Shown here piece after piece: positions 26,327 to 35,149 of a stretch of DNA of 64,000 bases. The notes under the pieces are model-generated. The model searched no databases, was not told the DNA's origin, and was given only the letters and a program-made list of their open reading frames with translations. The first letter of the stretch is position 1; every line of letters begins with the position of its first letter. Position numbers and translations under genes: made by a program. The DNA lies in assembly GCA_965140365.1 (NCBI GenBank), contig OZ223196.1; one strand, given 5' to 3'. This DNA is from Hydrogenovibrio sp. (lineage in GTDB: Bacteria > Pseudomonadota > Gammaproteobacteria > Thiomicrospirales > Thiomicrospiraceae).

Positions 26327-27096
26327 TGCTTCCCTTTTCTCGTATCTGAACCCCAGACATCTGTAGAAAACTGAGCTTTTAGTCTGCCTGTAGGGAACTC
26401 TTCTCCAGCTAAAGTATCTAGCCAGTTTATTCCATCATTATAAATTTCATCATGCCTTGGTGTTGTGACCGGAATTAATTTTTTCTTGCCGAATGTTCTA
26501 GCTAACTTTAGTGCTTTTATTTTCTGACTAAAAGCTTTCTTTTTTTTATTTGAAATTTGTTCAAATCTTAGCATGACCTTTTCTATAGGAACCTTATCTT
26601 GGTCAGTGTAAATGGAAAAGTCGATATAGTCATTTGGAGCAGTGTTTAACATAGGTTCAGTTTGATAAACGAAACCAAGAAGCCCCTCAGTATCAGAAGA
26701 ATATTTTCTAATATTGTTTTTTAATTTGATGGTAATTTCAGAAGGAACCTCTCTAGACATTCTTTTTAATAAGTCATCGTCGGATATCTCCCAACGGACT
26801 ACGTCTTCATCTTTAAAGTGAGAATCAAATGAGTGTCTATTAGCTAGTATTGCTGAAGTCGCAGCATCTATTCTATTGTTTACTTGGAATGACCATGGCC
26901 CAAAGTGAAAGAATTGCCAATTAATTCCTGTAAATGAGGTTCCATTGTGTTTTTGGGCATAATAAAGGTCTGCAAGATATACATACTTAATTAAATGTAT
27001 AGGTCCCAGTCTTCGAGAGAGATAATCATCACCCTGCCCAGCAGTTAATAAGGCATATTGGATTATTAAATCTATATTCTTTTCGTTATACGACAA
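26323..27096 (-). CDS. Panacea (DUF4065, SocA-like) domain protein, putative PanA antitoxin
   Basis: N-terminal IQYALLTAGQG...LGPIHLIKYVYLADLYYAQKHNGTSFTGINWQFFHFGPWS matches the DUF4065 pattern (KLxKLLY.aD...G.p.....w....GPv). Confidence 0.65.
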   Translation of the reverse strand: MSYNEKNIDLIIQYALLTAGQGDDYLSRRLGPIHLIKYVYLADLYYAQKHNGTSFTGINWQFFHFGPWSFQVNNRIDAATSAILANRHSFDSHFKDEDVVRWEISDDDLLKRMSREVPSEITIKLKNNIRKYSSDTEGLLGFVYQTEPMLNTAPNDYIDFSIYTDQDKVPIEKVMLRFEQISNKKKKAFSQKIKALKLARTFGKKKLIPVTTPRHDEIYNDGINWLDTLAGEEFPTGRLKAQFSTDVWGSDTRKGKQ

Positions 27097-27533
27097 AGTT
27101 TTTTAGACCTTTAAAATTAAAAATTTGAAGGATTTTACTTTAACAAAAAACGTACTGCAACTCACTATGTCTTTATCGACTAATTTTCTGTTTTTATTAA
27201 AAATTTAAATATTGTTTTGAGCATATTGCACAAATCTTATTGAGTTTTTTTAAATTAAATTTAGAGTTAATCCATAAAGGTAAAAATATCGTTAGGGATG
27301 TAAAGCTTTTGGCCTGCGATATGTAAATGTTGGGTCTGAAAAGTTTTTTTACTGCAAGTGATTATTGTGTAGTATGAGGTGTTAGAGAAAAAGGTATTTT
27401 CCCATTATGTCGGTTTCAGGATTATTGTTCTTCTTAAGAATTGTTCGGGGTGGAACTATTAAGGATTTATTTTTAGGGGAGGAGTTACGGGATTTTAAAT
27501 GGAATTCATAAAATTACAAAATAAGTTAACTCC

Positions 27534-29027
27534 TTAACATAAAGGATGATTTGCATAGTGCTCGTTAAGTGTATCAACCATGCTGGTTAGCCTTTTGGAT
27601 TTTGCATAATTTATAATTTGTGCACCATCTTTCCAGTCGATTTTGTATTTTTTTATTTTTTCTTGTCGAGTCTTTAAATATTCTTTAGCTTCTGAAGAGA
27701 AGGTTCCACTTGTCCAGTATTCAAAGATTATTGCCCTATGCTCAAAGAAAGGTTGTTCTTTTAAGCTTTTGTAAATGATGCCTATTTTTTTAAACCATGT
27801 TTGTATTTCGGCAATCTGAATTTCTCTGTTTGGCTGGTATCCTTTGCATTCATAAATAGCGACCTCGTGGTCACCTTTTATTCTTCGGACATCAATTTCA
27901 GCTTTTTGGTTATCTAAATTATGAACCTTCACTCCAATATCGATGGTATCTCCTTCCGCCTTTAGAACAATGTGCCCTACAAGTAGCTCAAATAAAGCTC
28001 CTCGAACATTTATGGCTGCCCCTTCAATTTTGCTTAAAGAGTTCAGTAATTTATACAATTGATCAGGGTTTGTAGCTGCTAATGCACTAGCGTTTTCAAG
28101 GGTGTTTGCCAAAGAATGCAAGCTTTTAGCAACCTCAGAACCGAACATGATTTCAGGTGTTGTAAATACAAGGCCTGAAGATTTGCCTAATATAAATGCT
28201 TCTTTAGTAAACCTCTCGGCCATTAAGATGCTTAAGAAAGGCCTGATTTGTTTTATAGATCGATTGGCTTCACACTTCTTAATAAAATACTTTGCAGCAT
28301 TTTCATCTATGGCAGAGTATGTGGCATCAATTACTACAAATCCTGGAGTAAGCTTTCCTGAGTTGAAGTGTCTGAAGGGGTGTAAGTAGCATGGCGCTGT
28401 AATATCCCAACCAAATTGACCAAATTTAGGAATGTCATCAATAGTTCTCTTCTTGATTGCATTGTAACTGCCGAAGCCGGTTTTTTGGACCCAATCTGCT
28501 ATTGCATCTACTAGTATGTCATCTAGGATTTTCTGATTTTTGTTGATGTCATTGTTGTATTCAAAGAAAAAGGGAGTTAATTTTAAGATTGAACCGTAGC
28601 TTGGATCTATTTCTTCCAGTAATATTTTTGATTTGATTAGTTGCTCCATAACTTTATCGCTTGATAAATGTTTTTTTAACCTTTCTGGAGCTCCGCTAAT
28701 GATTTCAAAATGATTTTTAGGAATCCAGCCCCCCTTTGAAATCACAGAGCTAATGGCAAGGCCGTAAGCCGTGTTTGATTCTATGTGTGCCTTGTATAGG
28801 TTATTCCAAAACTCAGGGGTTCCAAATTGGTCTTCCAGATATAAAAATGATTCTCGTCTCGGTAATTGAATAGAGGTGAATTTGTTTATTTTTCCCATAG
28901 ATGCTCTAGAAATTCTCTGTCTAGCTGATGCATCACTTACACCTGACTTTATTAAGTACGCCTTGATTTTTGAAGATGGTAATGGCCCATGTTTTTTTAG
29001 TAGGTATGGTATGGATAAAGTTGACAT
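27534..29027 (-). CDS. hypothetical protein (orf497) with N-terminal wHTH-like region and C-terminal PD-(D/E)xK nuclease-like motif
   Basis: N-terminus reads KKHGPLPSSKIKAYLIKSGVSDASARQRISRA. C-terminus reads ALFELLVGHIVLKAEGDTIDIGVKVHNLDNQKAEIDVRRIKGDHEVAIYECKGY (E...D...E-x-K arrangement). It lies 186 bp downstream of tniQ on the same strand. Confidence 0.5.
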   Translation of the reverse strand: MSTLSIPYLLKKHGPLPSSKIKAYLIKSGVSDASARQRISRASMGKINKFTSIQLPRRESFLYLEDQFGTPEFWNNLYKAHIESNTAYGLAISSVISKGGWIPKNHFEIISGAPERLKKHLSSDKVMEQLIKSKILLEEIDPSYGSILKLTPFFFEYNNDINKNQKILDDILVDAIADWVQKTGFGSYNAIKKRTIDDIPKFGQFGWDITAPCYLHPFRHFNSGKLTPGFVVIDATYSAIDENAAKYFIKKCEANRSIKQIRPFLSILMAERFTKEAFILGKSSGLVFTTPEIMFGSEVAKSLHSLANTLENASALAATNPDQLYKLLNSLSKIEGAAINVRGALFELLVGHIVLKAEGDTIDIGVKVHNLDNQKAEIDVRRIKGDHEVAIYECKGYQPNREIQIAEIQTWFKKIGIIYKSLKEQPFFEHRAIIFEYWTSGTFSSEAKEYLKTRQEKIKKYKIDWKDGAQIINYAKSKRLTSMVDTLNEHYANHPLC

Positions 29028-29213
29028 AAATTAGACCTCCAGATCCCTATTGTCACACTGCGCTATTTATAATATTACTATAATGTTGAGAGGATGTTTT
29101 TCATGTCTAAAATTAAGTTATTATAAATCAACGTGTTATATTGAATTAAACATGTTTTTTATAATATTGGTTGTCACAGTTTTTCTTTAGAGCTGGCGTT
29201 AAGAAAAGCTGTT

Positions 29214-30347
29214 TTAACTTTTGCGGATACCTCTAAAATAGTATTCTAAGTAACGTTGTATCTGTGTTGGCTTAATCTTTTTCTTTAACCGTCTCTTGAA
29301 AAAATTAACGATATTCGATTTTTCCTCGTCGCACGCGAAATATTTGTATTGCTTGATATGAAAAAACAGCGTATCAGTTACCCAAAACGGAAATTCTAAA
29401 TAGGGAGTTTTAATCAAGTGAGTTGACGTATTAGTTGCTTTGCATGCTTTTATAAAGCCCTCTGGCCAGTCCTGTAATAAGCAATAAATCATGATTAATC
29501 CGGTGCGCCGTAAACTAATATTAAGCCTTTCTGGTTCAACATTGTGGCCAATCAATTCTCGATGGTATATTTGCTCCAAACCCAAGTTTTGACGCAAGTG
29601 CATAAACAGTTCTTCGCCCTTTGGGCTGCACACCAAAAACGACAACAAACGCCGGATGCCCTCAAAATACAGATTTGAATAGTTAAACTCCAGATCTCCG
29701 GCATGGCCATACCCGAGAGAGGACTGCAAAAAATTGATGCAATTGATTTCATATTCATCGCCAATGGTCGGAACAAATTCGGTCTCGCGCAAATCAAAAC
29801 CACATTTTGAGCAGTGAACGATATCGAGCGGCTGGTAAAGAACTTCCTCTTCATGTTTTTGCAGTCGTTTCAGATCAATCGGGTTACGGCACTTAGGGCA
29901 TCGATCATGTAACTGTACGGAATGGTATGGGCAGGCTGTCATAAACCCTAATCGCCAGTGCTTTCGAAAATAAGGCCTGTCACCGTCTTCTGCCAGACAG
30001 CAAGGGCAGTATTGCAAGCTAAATAACTTTTTCCCTGTCTGTCTTATGCCAAGGGGCATTACCCATTTGACCTGGTTTGTCTTCCCAGTCTGGTTGTAAA
30101 AATACTCGCAGGAGCCATAAAACGGTAAGCGCCGGATTTGTGTTTCATTCAGTCCTGTTCTTTCAAGAATGGACGACATTCTTTTCTCGTTTAAGAATAC
30201 ATCAAGATCACTTTTCCAAGACTCCACATCTTTGGTAATCAGGGTCGCTAATTGAGTTGGCTTCATTCCATACAACAAAGCATTTCGGGCAATCCAAGAT
30301 GTCATCAGTTCATCTTTAAATGGTGGGTCAAGAATGTACCGTCTCAT
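29214..30347 (-). CDS. tniQ: TniQ/TnsD-family target-selection protein
   Basis: TniQ N-terminus DELMTSWIARNALLYGMKPTQL and zinc-ribbon cysteines CPCCLAED...CPYHSVQLHDRCPKCRNPI. It follows tnsC immediately. Confidence 0.85.
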   Translation of the reverse strand: MRRYILDPPFKDELMTSWIARNALLYGMKPTQLATLITKDVESWKSDLDVFLNEKRMSSILERTGLNETQIRRLPFYGSCEYFYNQTGKTNQVKWVMPLGIRQTGKKLFSLQYCPCCLAEDGDRPYFRKHWRLGFMTACPYHSVQLHDRCPKCRNPIDLKRLQKHEEEVLYQPLDIVHCSKCGFDLRETEFVPTIGDEYEINCINFLQSSLGYGHAGDLEFNYSNLYFEGIRRLLSFLVCSPKGEELFMHLRQNLGLEQIYHRELIGHNVEPERLNISLRRTGLIMIYCLLQDWPEGFIKACKATNTSTHLIKTPYLEFPFWVTDTLFFHIKQYKYFACDEEKSNIVNFFKRRLKKKIKPTQIQRYLEYYFRGIRKS

Positions 30348-30349
30348 AT

Positions 30350-31261
30350 CTAACGCATCCGTTTGAGCAAGTCCTTTCGTTTCGACGCCGGTACCAAGTT
30401 CAAGTCTCCGAAAACCGATTCATCAATGGAAGGCAAGTCATGACGAATTGCGTATACGGCCAAACGTTTGATGATTAAAATCAACTCGCCAATCAAGCCT
30501 TCACTTAAATAATGCAGCTGTTCAATAAATGGCTTTTTGTATAGAAAGGATGGTTCCGGCAGAGGAAGCCTTGTTTCAATGGTAGCAATTAATTGGGCGA
30601 AAGCCTTACGGTTTTCTTTGGAATCAAACGCCCATCGTTCCAGCACTTCTACCTGAAACCGGTTCGCCATTTGTGAGTCTACCTGTATTGCGTGAAAAGC
30701 ATCCTCAATGCCGGCACCGACAATTGGAATTCTTAAAGCGTTACTCAAGTCCTTAATGCTATTGAGGAAGCCTTTTTGAGCATTGTAGGAGCCGGCGATG
30801 ATGTGTTGGATTTCATCAATAATCAACATCCGGGTTTCCCGTGCGTTCATAGCTCGAATAATTTTCTGGCGCTTGACCTCCAGGCTGTCGTTCTTCGCGT
30901 AAGGCACAATCATTTCTTCTAACACCCGGATTAGAAAAGCGTTTTCATCCGGTTTGGCCGGAGCTGAGATAAAGACAACCGGCTGGCGATTTGTATAGTC
31001 TTCTTCATCCGTCGTCAAAGGGTAGCGGTTGGCAAAGCGCTTCAGAATTTGTGTCTTGCCATTATTGCTGTCACCGACAATTAATAGGTTCGGCATTCTT
31101 TCGACTTTTGGATAAGAGATGAAATCTTCTATCCGTTCAAGAATTTGTTGTGCTCTTGGGTACCCAATCCATTTGTCGAGATTGATGTATTCGATGCGTT
31201 CCTCTTTTGGCGCACCTAATAAATCAAAGGCCTTGTCTAACAAGTGATTGTATTGACTCAT
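30350..31261 (-). CDS. tnsC: TnsC/TniB-type AAA+ transposition regulator
   Basis: 303 aa with Walker A LLIVGDSNNGKTQIL and Walker B MLIIDEIQHI. It overlaps the tnsB stop by 4 nt. Confidence 0.88.
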   Translation of the reverse strand: MSQYNHLLDKAFDLLGAPKEERIEYINLDKWIGYPRAQQILERIEDFISYPKVERMPNLLIVGDSNNGKTQILKRFANRYPLTTDEEDYTNRQPVVFISAPAKPDENAFLIRVLEEMIVPYAKNDSLEVKRQKIIRAMNARETRMLIIDEIQHIIAGSYNAQKGFLNSIKDLSNALRIPIVGAGIEDAFHAIQVDSQMANRFQVEVLERWAFDSKENRKAFAQLIATIETRLPLPEPSFLYKKPFIEQLHYLSEGLIGELILIIKRLAVYAIRHDLPSIDESVFGDLNLVPASKRKDLLKRMR

Positions 31262-33195
31262 TGTTCAATGTCCTCAAATGGTTGGATGTCGTCAAAATCC
31301 TCATCGTCAATACTCTCAATTGAAGGAGTCAGTATTGAACCTATGCTGTAATCATCTCCAGCTTGGGTTGCTAGAGAAGGAATGGACTCTTTTTGTCGGA
31401 TGGCTTCTTTTTGTTTGGCGCGCCGGACATGCTTGGTTTCTTTTTTGGCCTGCTCAGTCAGCCGTTTCAATCGGGCTCGGGCTTCGAATATAGCCTCTTC
31501 ATCCGCTTTTTGTGAAGGATTAGCTTCTTTCGCACGGCGTTTCAGCTCTCTCAACTCCCAAAGTGAAATCGCCGGGTGACTGGTGTCACGGTACGGTACC
31601 ACGACATAGGACTCCATATCTGGATCGTAAAAGAAAACCGAGCTCAAATCCCGCGGGTCATAGCGCACAATGAACTTTTGAACGTTCTTTCGCGTTTTGT
31701 CCGGTTGCTTAATCCATTTACGTAATACATCATGAAAGTAGTCAATGCCGAATAACTGGATGCCATATTTCTGGACACTTCTTTCTACGTAGGGCAGAAA
31801 ATCAATCTTCAACTTAAGTGGATTGTCGACTTTTGGCGGGATGCCCCTTCCTAACTGTTTACCATCGCCGAGAATGCCTTGTTTATACTTTTGGAGAGGT
31901 GACATGCCGATTTCGGAATGCCTCTCGAGATGGTAATGATTCACTAAAAATTCGGTGAAGTATTGTTCAAATTCTGATAATGTAAAAATAGCATTTCCAG
32001 CAGAATCGTATTCCTTTTTGTCTTGAATGTTGGATTTAGTGGTGCCTGGTAACGTATGAAGCTCAGCATCATTAAATGTCTTGAATGATCGTTCAACATG
32101 AGGCCCATAACGGGGTGTTCTTGACGGCCTTTTGGTCATGCTGATCTGATAGGTATCACATGCTTTTTTTAGTGAATTACTGTGGAATTCTTTACCGTTA
32201 TCGGTATGGATGACATCCATAATTCCGAAGGCTGGCCAATCTCCTTTAACGTCATGATCAAGTAGCCATTGCTTTTTATCGAGAATAGCATGAGCTAAGC
32301 AAAGTCCAGTCAGAAGGGTGTTTGGTTTTTCCAATGAAATATAGAAGCCTACGACCATTCGACTGTAAACATCGATTGCCAAGGTTATGATTGGGCGCCC
32401 TATATCAAGACGGTACTCGTCATCGACAATAGTTAAGTCCATAGGTGTGTGGTCAATTTGTACTACAGCAAGAGGCTTGTCTATTCTTGGAAACTTTCCG
32501 GTTATAGGCCTGAAGTTTTCACGACCTTTTCGGCCTTCTCTTTTGGTGGCGACTTCCGATGCACTAAGTTGTGAGATACGAACTCTAAGAGTGTTGATAT
32601 GAGGTGTAGAAAGTAGTTCGAGACCAGGTAGTTTTCGTTCTTTGTTAATTTCAAAAATCTCTAATGCTAAGTCACGATAAATATTCGTCACTCTGGGTTG
32701 AATCGGGCTTAGATAAATTCCAATGTATTTCTGTATTAACTCTTCAACTTCGGGCTGCAAACGGCCATATTCTTTTCGTTTTTTTCTGAGTAGGGATAAC
32801 GGATTTCCGTTTGATTTTTTGTATTTTTGTAACTGTTTGTAAGCCGTCGGTTCGGAGATGCCTAGTTTGCCGGCGACTTCTTGGAGTTTTGCCCGTCTTT
32901 CAACTTCATCGTTAACCTGCATGACTTGATTAAACAGCATGGCTTTATTGTTGGCCTTAATCCAATCTTCGTCCGGAATGGTTAACAGTTCTGTTGCGGG
33001 GATAACTTCAATAGGCTTTTCGGGGTCTGCCGGTTGAGATGATAATTCAGAAACATGTAACTTTTTAACGGTACCTGTAAACGAGCTGCGGACAGATACG
33101 TGTTCCAGGTCAAGCACTCCGATTACCCTGTAGCGTGAGTTACCATGAAATACTTCGGCGCCGATTTCAAAATGGGTTTCACTCATTGTTTTCAT
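31258..33195 (-). CDS. tnsB: TnsB DDE transposase (Mu/Tn7 family)
   Basis: 645 aa with candidate DDE residues in VVQIDHTPMDL, VIHTDNGKEFHS and PRYGPHVERSF, and an N-terminal HTH region (GISEPTAYKQLQKYK). Confidence 0.9.
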   Translation of the reverse strand: MKTMSETHFEIGAEVFHGNSRYRVIGVLDLEHVSVRSSFTGTVKKLHVSELSSQPADPEKPIEVIPATELLTIPDEDWIKANNKAMLFNQVMQVNDEVERRAKLQEVAGKLGISEPTAYKQLQKYKKSNGNPLSLLRKKRKEYGRLQPEVEELIQKYIGIYLSPIQPRVTNIYRDLALEIFEINKERKLPGLELLSTPHINTLRVRISQLSASEVATKREGRKGRENFRPITGKFPRIDKPLAVVQIDHTPMDLTIVDDEYRLDIGRPIITLAIDVYSRMVVGFYISLEKPNTLLTGLCLAHAILDKKQWLLDHDVKGDWPAFGIMDVIHTDNGKEFHSNSLKKACDTYQISMTKRPSRTPRYGPHVERSFKTFNDAELHTLPGTTKSNIQDKKEYDSAGNAIFTLSEFEQYFTEFLVNHYHLERHSEIGMSPLQKYKQGILGDGKQLGRGIPPKVDNPLKLKIDFLPYVERSVQKYGIQLFGIDYFHDVLRKWIKQPDKTRKNVQKFIVRYDPRDLSSVFFYDPDMESYVVVPYRDTSHPAISLWELRELKRRAKEANPSQKADEEAIFEARARLKRLTEQAKKETKHVRRAKQKEAIRQKESIPSLATQAGDDYSIGSILTPSIESIDDEDFDDIQPFEDIEQ

Positions 33196-33859
33196 CCTTG
33201 GAATATTCAGGTTTTACCCAGATTAATTGATTCATGTTGAGCGGGGTTGATAAGTCGGTGGTGACTAGTTGGTTTGAGACGGCATACCAGAGTGTATTTA
33301 GGAACTCTGCTTGCTCCATTTCATCGGTTGAACAAAGAGCTAATAGTTCGTTAATTGGGGTTGGTTGACCTCTGGATAAAATCTTTTGAATGGTTGCAAG
33401 TTGGTATTTTTCGAATGGGCGGTTTTTGTAGGGGAGGAGAAAGGTGACGTTTTGTAAGAATGGGGAGAGAATCTCTTGTTCAGTCCATATCCTAAATCGT
33501 GTGTTGGGTTCTGATTTTAATTCCCGTATAGCAGCTTTAAACTTTGGTTTTAGTTTTTCCCAGTCTTTTTTGAGGTCGCTCCTGTATTTCACCTCGATAT
33601 ACAGCAATCTTCCATCTTTAAACTTAATCAAAATATCAGGCGTATAATGTCTTTTTTTACCATCATGAATGAATTCAAATCGCCTTGGCTGAGTTTTGAA
33701 TTTTTCAATTTGGTCATCAAACTCACATAGCAGAAGTGCTTTGCGTTCAAGGCCAGATTCAAAGTGAGTATATTCATCACTTTTATTACTGTGTACATGG
33801 CCGGTAATGTTACGATAACTTAATGGAATTTTTCTGGCTGGCATGGCAAGCATTCTCAT
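33179..33859 (-). CDS. tnsA: TnsA endonuclease
   Basis: Contains FESGLERKALLLCEFD, HYTPDILIKF and LLYIEVKYRSDL, the restriction-endonuclease-like E/D/K arrangement of TnsA. It is the first gene inside the right end. The true start may be the internal Met at 33844. Confidence 0.85.
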   Translation of the reverse strand: MRMLAMPARKIPLSYRNITGHVHSNKSDEYTHFESGLERKALLLCEFDDQIEKFKTQPRRFEFIHDGKKRHYTPDILIKFKDGRLLYIEVKYRSDLKKDWEKLKPKFKAAIRELKSEPNTRFRIWTEQEILSPFLQNVTFLLPYKNRPFEKYQLATIQKILSRGQPTPINELLALCSTDEMEQAEFLNTLWYAVSNQLVTTDLSTPLNMNQLIWVKPEYSKDENNE

Positions 33860-33966
33860 TTATTATTGTAGGATTTTTGGTTTCTGTACTATCTTTTAAC
33901 TCAGATTATCAATTAATTTTGTAGAAAATGGCATTTTTACTCCCGATATTATCATTTAATTTTGTA
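33852..33966 (-). repeat. right-end TnsB-binding-type repeats (3 spaced copies)
   Basis: Read on the minus strand: tacaaaattaaatgataat (33966-33948), tacaaaattaattgataat (33923-33905) and the weaker tacaataataaatgagaat (33870-33852). Confidence 0.7.
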
Positions 33967-33973
33967 TTTGACA

Positions 33974-33978
33974 GCTGT
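33974..33978. repeat. target-site duplication copy 2 (GCTGT)
   Basis: GCTGT immediately follows the ...ATTTGACA terminus and is identical to 8858-8862. Confidence 0.8.
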
Positions 33979-34407
33979 TCCGACACTCCGGAGCAAATCA
34001 GTCGGTATCGGCAGAAAATTTCCGGGCCTTTGTTGGACCGCATTGATTGTCATTTGGAAGTGCCACCGGTGGACTTTGAGGCTTTGAGCGGCCAGCCGGA
34101 AGCGGGCGCTGAAACCAGCGCGCAAATTCGAGCGCGAGTGCAGCAATGCCAGGCTTTGCAGTATGAGCGTCAGGACTGTTTAAATACCGCTTTGACGTCG
34201 AAGCAGCTTGAAGGCTTGGTGGTGTTGGATTCGGCTTCTAAACAGCTTTTGGAACAAGCCATGAACCGTTTGGGCCTTTCGGCCCGAGGGTATCACCGAA
34301 TTTTAAGAGTGGCCAGAACCCTGGCTGATATGAAAGGACAGACCGACGTCGAAGCGTCGCATCTGGCCGAAGCTATTTCCTACCGCAGTATGGACAAATC
34401 CTTGTAA
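33974..34407 (+). pseudogene. comM: comM 3' part (displaced by the transposon)
   Basis: ...CSDTPEQISRYRQKISGPLLDRIDCHLEVPPVDFEAL...LSARGYHRILRVARTLADM is the ComM/YifB C-terminal region. Joined to 7759..8862 with one TSD copy removed, it reads ...FFPDDALGRC-SDTPEQISRY... in one frame. Confidence 0.88.
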
Positions 34408-34433
34408 ATGACGAATCGATTTATTTAACGGCC

Positions 34434-35099
34434 TTGATTGTCGGTCTGCTGGGCGGTGTTCACTGCTTGGGGATGTGTGGCGGAGTGGTTGGTGCCTTGA
34501 CCTTTAACTTGAGACCGGAAGTTCAGCTGAGCTGGTGGCGTATGTTGCCGTACCAGTTAAGCTATAATCTGGGACGCATCAGTAGCTATGTTCTGATTGG
34601 CGCGCTATTCGGGTTTTTAGGCAGTTCGTTGGTGTCTCTGGCGAGCTTTTTGCCATTGCAACAGTCCTTACAGGTGGTCGCCGGAGTTTTTATGGTGGTG
34701 CTTGGGTTGTATTTGGGCGGATGGTGGAATGGTTTGGTGGTCATTGAAAAAGGCGGCCAAGGCATTTGGAAGCGTTTAGCGCCTTTAACGCAAAAGATGA
34801 TGCCCATTCGCACAATTGGCCAGGCCTGGCTGTATGGAATGGTTTGGGGTTGGTTACCTTGCGGTTTGGTGTACAGTATGTTGATTATGGCGTTGAGTGC
34901 TGGCGGGGCGTTGCAAGGGGGATTAGTCATGTTGGCGTTCGGCCTGGGAACTTTGCCAAATCTCTTGCTGATGGGGACGTTTGTATTTTTCTTCACGCGT
35001 TTGGCTCGAAATGACAAAGTGCGTAAAGTGGCCGGTGGGTTGGTTGTTTTGATGGGCTTGGGGCAGTTGTATTTGGCCTACAGTGTGCAAGTCGCCTAG
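34434..35099 (+). CDS. polytopic membrane protein with HCxxMCGG motif (DsbD_2 / TauE-SafE-type annotation class)
   Basis: 221 aa with about 6 hydrophobic helices. It has N-terminal LLGGVHCLGMCGGVVGAL and a second WGWLPCGLVYS motif. Confidence 0.5.
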   Translation: MIVGLLGGVHCLGMCGGVVGALTFNLRPEVQLSWWRMLPYQLSYNLGRISSYVLIGALFGFLGSSLVSLASFLPLQQSLQVVAGVFMVVLGLYLGGWWNGLVVIEKGGQGIWKRLAPLTQKMMPIRTIGQAWLYGMVWGWLPCGLVYSMLIMALSAGGALQGGLVMLAFGLGTLPNLLLMGTFVFFFTRLARNDKVRKVAGGLVVLMGLGQLYLAYSVQVA

Positions 35100-35123
35100 G
35101 CGCTTTTGTGTGACAGGAAAAGT

Positions 35124-35149
35124 AAAAAGCCCCGAAAGGGGCTTTTTTT
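35124..35149. terminator. bidirectional Rho-independent terminator
   Basis: aaaaagcccc-gaaa-ggggcttttt lies between convergent genes, with A and T runs on either side. Confidence 0.75.

Larger units (their letters stand above)
8863..33973 (-). mobile_element. Tn7-like transposon (tnsA-tnsB-tnsC-tniQ plus ~20 kb cargo) inserted in comM
   Basis: Termini are 5'-TGTTAACT... (8863) and ...ATTTGACA-3' (33973, i.e. TGTCAAAT inverted). TnsB-type repeats occur at both ends, with a 5-bp TSD. The comM halves are contiguous once the element is removed, and the interior is visibly AT-richer than the flanks. Confidence 0.9.

Noticed and set aside
27514-27530. ttacaaaataagttaac resembles the TnsB-type end repeat and could mark an internal relic transposon end.
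   Set aside because: Only about 11 of 16 positions match, there is a single copy and no adjacent TGT terminus. That is too weak in AT-rich DNA.
27097-27533. A 34-codon ORF (MSVSGLLFFLRIVRGG…) and AT-rich spacer between the PanA gene and orf497, considered as a small toxin or sRNA locus.
   Set aside because: There is no clear RBS, promoter or terminator structure. ORFs of that size are expected by chance in AT-rich DNA.
8863-33973. A possible CRISPR-associated transposon (CAST) or CRISPR array within the Tn7-like element.
   Set aside because: I saw no regularly spaced direct repeats, no Cas-like ORFs and no array near either end. The only short repeats are the TnsB-type end repeats and the leader repeats at 9021-9191.
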